Assembly (NCBI GenBank): GCA_051531975.1
Contig: JAOPTT010000009.1
Location: forward strand, 384,001-448,000
Source: Spirochaetaceae bacterium
GTDB taxonomy: Bacteria > Spirochaetota > Spirochaetia > DSM-2461
Length of the DNA stretch: 64,000 nucleotides
Direction of reading: 5' to 3'
The position numbers were made by a program, and so were the translations under genes. Below the pieces are notes generated by a model. That model searched no databases, was not told the origin of the DNA, and saw only the letters and a program-made list of their open reading frames with translations. Shown piece by piece: positions 59,072 through 64,000 of the stretch; the first letter of the stretch is position 1; each line of letters opens with the position of its first letter.

Positions 59072-60172
59072 CTAGGTCCCTGTATTTAGAAACTTTTTAT
59101 ATTCAAAGGGCGTTTTACCTGTCAATTTTTTAAATACAGCATTAAATGTAGGTTTAGAGTTAAAACCAGAATCAAGGGCTATATCTAATAAATTACTGTT
59201 ATTATACTCTTGTTTATTCATAAGACTAATTACATGCTCAACTCTATAATGATTTATAAAATTATAGAAGTTCTTATTTAATAGATTGTTTAATACCCAC
59301 GATATTTCGTTTCGACTATAACCTAAGGTTTTAGTTAAATCGTTTAATGTTAGATTTGGATTCAGAAATTTTTTGTCATTGATCATAGAATCTTCTAATA
59401 TTTTTTTTAACTCTTTTGATTCAATATTACTAATCTGCCTTACTTTAGATTTTACTGGAAGTATTATCTTATCTTTTCTTTTTAATGCATTAAAACCTAT
59501 GTACCATATAATTATTACAAAAAATAGGGACAATATTGTCTTAATAAATACAAGAGCCTCAAAATGTAATAGTACTACTAATAAAACTAGGTAACTTATA
59601 CATAATATATAAGAAATATTCAGTACAACTTTATTCCATTTTAGGTCGAAGCCATCAAAACATGAAAAGTCTTCTTCTAGTTTTAGACTAGTTACAGTAA
59701 TAATATTTTTAGAAAAATGCATATATATAAACGATTGTATTATTAATATTATCCATAAAGAGACAGAGCTAAATTGAACCATCTTATCGCCTGAAATATA
59801 CCTAGGAAAGAGAGTTGTTAAATACAATATAATTAATAATGCTGGTATGAAGTGTAATAAATCCAGTTTTTTTAGCTTAAACTCTCCACTTAAATGGTTT
59901 TTTATATAGATGTAAATTGCAGGCATTAATACATATTGTATAGGTTCGCTAAGACCAAAGGATTTCCAACTAAAACTATTCCCAACAATTAGATTAAGAT
60001 GAGGATGAACTAGGTTTATAGTACAAAGAAATATTATAAATCCAAGAAATTTATTTTCACCATTTATAGAGCCTTTTTTATTAAAGAGTTGAACCGATAT
60101 CAATGTTCCAATAAAAAAACCACCACCAAGTAGTAGTAACAAAATATTTGAAATCATAAAACAAAATATCAT
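59072..60172 (-). CDS. Membrane-embedded AraC-family regulator
   Basis: About seven TM segments with LLHFIP; C-terminal FLNPNLTL, NFYNFINHYRV and SGFNSKPTFNAVFKK. Confidence 0.9.
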   Translation of the reverse strand: MIFCFMISNILLLLLGGGFFIGTLISVQLFNKKGSINGENKFLGFIIFLCTINLVHPHLNLIVGNSFSWKSFGLSEPIQYVLMPAIYIYIKNHLSGEFKLKKLDLLHFIPALLIILYLTTLFPRYISGDKMVQFSSVSLWIILIIQSFIYMHFSKNIITVTSLKLEEDFSCFDGFDLKWNKVVLNISYILCISYLVLLVVLLHFEALVFIKTILSLFFVIIIWYIGFNALKRKDKIILPVKSKVRQISNIESKELKKILEDSMINDKKFLNPNLTLNDLTKTLGYSRNEISWVLNNLLNKNFYNFINHYRVEHVISLMNKQEYNNSNLLDIALDSGFNSKPTFNAVFKKLTGKTPFEYKKFLNTGT

Positions 60173-60254
60173 AGTTTATATAGCAATTACAATAAAAGCT
60201 TCTTAAACTTTGATATTAAGTATTATGATATTTCTCAAATAATCTAATACTTAG

Positions 60255-60569
60255 CTATTTTACCCAAAGTATTACAAAAAACAGAGTTATTATAACACTG
60301 CTTAGTACTGTACCCCAAATAAGGAAATTAAGATTCTTTTTAAGTGTAAATCTATAATCTTTTTTGTGAAATAGAAATGTAAGGGCATAAAAAAGTACTA
60401 TTGTAAAAATACCCTGTGTTACCCAATGATGACCAGTCATTATAGCCATAACATCATGTAGCCCACTAAAAGACTCTTTAAGCACAACTAATATTGCAGT
60501 AGTTATAGCTGTAATAAAAAAAGATAAACTATATCCTGAAAATGATTTGTCCATAACATTATTTCCCAT
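60255..60569 (-). CDS. Small 3-TM membrane protein
   Basis: 104 aa with an LHD...TGHHWVTQG segment; starts 2 nt after the partner gene. Confidence 0.75.
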   Translation of the reverse strand: MGNNVMDKSFSGYSLSFFITAITTAILVVLKESFSGLHDVMAIMTGHHWVTQGIFTIVLFYALTFLFHKKDYRFTLKKNLNFLIWGTVLSSVIITLFFVILWVK

Positions 60570-60571
60570 TC

Positions 60572-61036
60572 TTATAAGCCTCCATCTGTAACTGCTTTAA
60601 CTACCCCAGTAATTATACTTCCAAAATAACCCATGAATAATCCAAGAATTGTTATTAAAAGAGCTGTTGTTATTACTATTTTTTTAGAATCTTTGCCTTT
60701 AAGAAAATCACTATTTTTTACAAATGGTGGTAACATTAAAGCTAATAATATTAATATTAAAAAAATATGTTCTTTAGTTTCCATTATAATACCATGGGCC
60801 CAAGCCTTTTCGCTCGCTTTAATTATAGCCTTATGTCCTCCATAGTGAAGTACATATAATAATCCACCAAAAAGATATGAAAAACAGATTGAAACAGTAG
60901 ATATACAACTTATAATAAAGATGTTTTTATTACTTTTTTGTTTTACTTTAAATACCTTAATGATTACAAATAATGCTAAAACTATTCCTAGCGTAGCAAA
61001 TAAAACGTGAAGTGTTGTTGATGAAATATCAAACAC
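60572..61036 (-). CDS. 4-TM membrane protein with His motifs
   Basis: 154 aa; GTG start after AGGAGG; LHV, YVLHYG, WAHGIIMETKEH. Confidence 0.75.
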   Translation of the reverse strand: MFDISSTTLHVLFATLGIVLALFVIIKVFKVKQKSNKNIFIISCISTVSICFSYLFGGLLYVLHYGGHKAIIKASEKAWAHGIIMETKEHIFLILILLALMLPPFVKNSDFLKGKDSKKIVITTALLITILGLFMGYFGSIITGVVKAVTDGGL

Positions 61037-61256
61037 TATTATCCTCCTAGATAATTATTACTCTAAAATTAGTATAGGCCATATTATGTCCCCTAACAAA
61101 TATTTTAGTATAAAGTTAGTCGAAATCATCTGTTTTCAGAAATTATGACTAATAAAATACAAAAGAAGATATAATTGTTTGAGTCTATGAGTTTAATTTA
61201 TTATTATAAACTATTACTCCACCAAAAGAAAAAGTGAATTCAATAGGAGAACTAAA

Positions 61257-61703
61257 ATGAACGATAAAAAACTAATTAAAACCAAGATTGTTAATTGTGA
61301 TATAGATTTAATTTGGTGGAAATGGACAACTCACCAGGGTTTAAAAACTTTCTTTGGTGCATATAATGAAATTGAATTAAAGATAGATGGTAAATATGAA
61401 ATATTTTTTTTGATGGATAATCCTGTTGGGGAAAAGGGTGGGGAAGGGAATAAAATATTAAGTTATCTACCTAATAAAATGCTATCCTTTACTTGGAATG
61501 CTCCACCAGAATATAGTTTTGTGCGGAATCATTTACATAAAACATGGGTAGTCGTAGAATTTAAAGAGATAGATACCCACAAAATAGAAATCTGTTTAAC
61601 TCACTTAGGTTGGCTTGATGGGAATGAATGGGAAGAAGTATTTAACTATTTTGATAACGCATGGGAGCGAGTGCTGGAATCATTAAATCAGAGTTGTAAT
61701 TAG
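61257..61703 (+). CDS. SRPBCC/AHSA1-like domain protein
   Basis: WxxWTT, GKYEI, LSFTW, LTHLGW and C-terminal helix AWERVLESL; AGGAG RBS. Confidence 0.88.
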   Translation: MNDKKLIKTKIVNCDIDLIWWKWTTHQGLKTFFGAYNEIELKIDGKYEIFFLMDNPVGEKGGEGNKILSYLPNKMLSFTWNAPPEYSFVRNHLHKTWVVVEFKEIDTHKIEICLTHLGWLDGNEWEEVFNYFDNAWERVLESLNQSCN

Positions 61704-61782
61704 TTTTAGTGAACCTTTTACCTGATATTGAAATAGTAACAAGTAATACTGTAATATACGAAATGGATATATTAATAATACA

Positions 61783-62586
61783 ATGATGAAAGATATAAAA
61801 TTTTTAGCAAAAGAAAAAAGAGGATTTACAACAGAAGTTGAAAATAATCTTTTTAAGAATAAAAATAACATCGAATTATTATCTCTATTAAAGTCAACTA
61901 AACCAAAAGAAAGAACTTCATCTGCAACAATATTAGGGAAGAGGAAATTTGAAGAATCTATAATTCCATTGTGTCAGCAACTTAAAAATGAAAAGGCCTT
62001 GTATTCAAAGATTGCTATTCAGAATGCTTTATCAAATATAGGCGAAGCTGCAATGCCTGAATTGATTAAACTAATTGGAAACATCGGGGAAAATCAGCAT
62101 AAAGAATTACCTAAAACAATATTTGGGAAATGGAACTACCCTTGTGCCAGAGATATAGCTATAAGAACAATATGTAAAATAGGTAGTCCTGCATTAAGTT
62201 ATCTACAAAAGGCGTTTGAAAATGAAAAAATAAGATTAGAGGTCATAGATAGTATTGGTCATATTTCTTTTTATTCAAAAGATAGAACATCTTTTAATTT
62301 ATTGATTAATAGTTTGTATAATAACAATGATCCTTTAATTAAATGGAAATTAATTAGGGCATTAAGTGCATTCCCAGGTAGTAAAACTGAACAAATTTTA
62401 TTAAATATTTTAGGAAATAGCCAAGAGCCAGAATTTAGATGGGAGTCTATTAGGAGTTTAGGATTAATATGCAAGAATATTCCTGAAGAGTTATTAATAG
62501 CAAATAATGATGAGGATGAGAATGTAAGGAATATGGTATCTTTGACAATTATTAAAATAAGTAACAATAAGGAGCTTTTAAATTAA
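61783..62586 (+). CDS. HEAT-repeat protein
   Basis: Repeated helical hairpins: ERTSSATILG, ALSNIG, RWESIRSLG, DEDENVR. Confidence 0.75.
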   Translation: MMKDIKFLAKEKRGFTTEVENNLFKNKNNIELLSLLKSTKPKERTSSATILGKRKFEESIIPLCQQLKNEKALYSKIAIQNALSNIGEAAMPELIKLIGNIGENQHKELPKTIFGKWNYPCARDIAIRTICKIGSPALSYLQKAFENEKIRLEVIDSIGHISFYSKDRTSFNLLINSLYNNNDPLIKWKLIRALSAFPGSKTEQILLNILGNSQEPEFRWESIRSLGLICKNIPEELLIANNDEDENVRNMVSLTIIKISNNKELLN

Positions 62587-62603
62587 AAATCCCCTTATTC
62601 AGA

Positions 62604-64000
62604 TTAAACATCAGATATTTTAAATTTAGTAATTTCACTATCAAGTTCGTTTGATACAACATCAAGGTTTTCTGACAGAGATTCTATCCCTGACATGGAA
62701 TCAAATATTGTCTTAATTCCCAGTTGGATTTCAGTTATGGCAATGGACACAACCTGTGATATCTGTTTTACGTTCTCCATAGATTCGGATACTGTTTCAG
62801 AATTATTAACAATCTCATTTGATTCATCTTTTACAATCCCTGATATATCATGGAGTTTACCAATAGATTCCAAAATCATATTACTACCAATAGAGAGTTC
62901 TTCTGTACTGGCTGATATTTCACTTAGCGCCTGGGTTACTTCAACTACAACTTTATTTATCTCATCAAAAGCCAGTTTAGTCTCTCTACCTGAGTCTACA
63001 GCTTTATGAATGTTATCAGCTACCTCTTTAATAGTTCCTGTTATTGCATCAACTGAATTTTTTGAAGAGTCGGCTAACTTACCTATTTCTCCGGAAACAA
63101 CTGCAAATCCTTTTCCAGCATCTCCAGCATGGGCTGCTTCAATTGCTGCATTCATTGAGAGAAGATTTGTTTGAGCTGCTATTCCATCTATAAGTTCGAC
63201 CATCTCGTTTATTTTACCTAACGACCTGTCTATATCATCAATTATATTTACAGTATTTTCTAACTTACTGCTACCCTCTTTAGCAGTTTCAACCAGTTTC
63301 TCAACAGCCTTCTGTTTCTCAGTTGCTATATTGGAAACACTTTTAATAGAAGCAGTCATCTCTGTAATTGCAGATGTTGATTCCTCTTCCATCTCAATCT
63401 GTTTAAAAAACGACTCTTTAAATGTTTTAGTATTTTCATTAATTCTTTCAACGGCGCTATTAGAGGTTTTTATACTTGAATCCAGATAATCCACCTGCTT
63501 TTTTATATTATCTATATTTGCAGAGATCTCTACAACAGAGCTACTACAGTTATCACTATTTGTAACAAGTGTATCCTTAATTATTCTATTATTACTTGAA
63601 AGGTCGGTAATCTTATGTAATATCGAGCTTAATGAGTCGGCAAAATTATTAAAGTTGACTGATAAAATATAGGTTTCATTTTTATTATGAGCAGCATTTT
63701 TTTCACTAATATTAACTCTTTCTGTAATATCTCCAGAGGCCATTTTTTGTGTAAGATCTACAATATCTTTAATAGGGTTGGAGATAGAACTTGAAATTAA
63801 AAATCCAAAAATAATTCCTAGAATAATCCCAACAATTACTGTAATAATTGATAGTTTCATGGAATTCAGGGAGGAGACCCTGATATAGGCAAAAGCTTCA
63901 TCTAGCTGTAATAGATTTTCAGCTATTAAGCTGTTTATATTTGAAGAAAACTGTTCATTGGTATCTTTAGATTTTTTCATGAACATGTTTCCAACCATGG
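62604..64000 (-). CDS. Methyl-accepting chemotaxis protein (5' end outside the window)
   Basis: TM2, [30 protein letters not shown]; the frame is open to the window edge. Confidence 0.93.
   Translation of the reverse strand, partial: MVGNMFMKKSKDTNEQFSSNINSLIAENLLQLDEAFAYIRVSSLNSMKLSIITVIVGIILGIIFGFLISSSISNPIKDIVDLTQKMASGDITERVNISEKNAAHNKNETYILSVNFNNFADSLSSILHKITDLSSNNRIIKDTLVTNSDNCSSSVVEISANIDNIKKQVDYLDSSIKTSNSAVERINENTKTFKESFFKQIEMEEESTSAITEMTASIKSVSNIATEKQKAVEKLVETAKEGSSKLENTVNIIDDIDRSLGKINEMVELIDGIAAQTNLLSMNAAIEAAHAGDAGKGFAVVSGEIGKLADSSKNSVDAITGTIKEVADNIHKAVDSGRETKLAFDEINKVVVEVTQALSEISASTEELSIGSNMILESIGKLHDISGIVKDESNEIVNNSETVSESMENVKQISQVVSIAITEIQLGIKTIFDSMSGIESLSENLDVVSNELDSEITKFKISDV

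Noticed and set aside
61116..61152. Imperfect inverted repeat TTAGTC...GACTAA in a divergent intergenic region
   Set aside because: Interrupted and AT-rich, with no second copy seen; too weak to call.
2359..63009. Short antisense or nested ORFs in the track (e.g. 2359-2550, 8005-8418, 14298-14738, 18738-19124, 49712-50125, 62695-63009)
   Set aside because: They are shadows of long, well-supported genes and have no recognisable motifs.
1..64000. CRISPR arrays, IS elements, prophage, tRNA/rRNA, anti-phage defence genes
   Set aside because: No repeat-spacer periodicity, transposase or integrase motifs, or GC-rich structural RNA blocks were seen by eye. The lone ThiF and CPBP genes lack defence-system partners.

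Overview
AT-rich (roughly 30% GC by eye) bacterial chromosomal window, probably from a free-living spirochaete. This is inferred from spirochaete-style signal peptides and lipoboxes, three chemoreceptors and the gene repertoire. I saw no rRNA, tRNA, CRISPR array or transposase. In order, the window contains: a lipoprotein plus outer-membrane protein pair behind tandem palindromes; a ThiF-family enzyme; htpG; a substrate-binding protein and an MCP; a TRAP transporter with a YesM/YesN-type two-component system; an atypical hisI; a three-gene operon (1693-aa repetitive exported protein, thioester alpha-2-macroglobulin, PBP1C); PspC-domain, STAS-like, aldo-keto reductase and diguanylate cyclase genes; a nine-gene redox operon; csoR-copA with two small genes; gap-arsJ; a His-rich MCP; a TetR/CPBP pair; a Cache histidine kinase; an ABC exporter with a microprotein; a membrane AraC regulator; and small membrane proteins. 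The best candidate for a new system is the redox operon at 35106-42680. It is an Rnf/Nqr hybrid (shortened RnfC, RnfD with an eroded FMN site, intact RnfG/E/A, NqrF in place of RnfB) tightly linked to a lipoprotein octaheme HAO-family cytochrome c and its own ResB/CcsA maturation genes. Three small genes missing from the ORF track were found by hand. All product calls come from motif recognition only; no searches were run.
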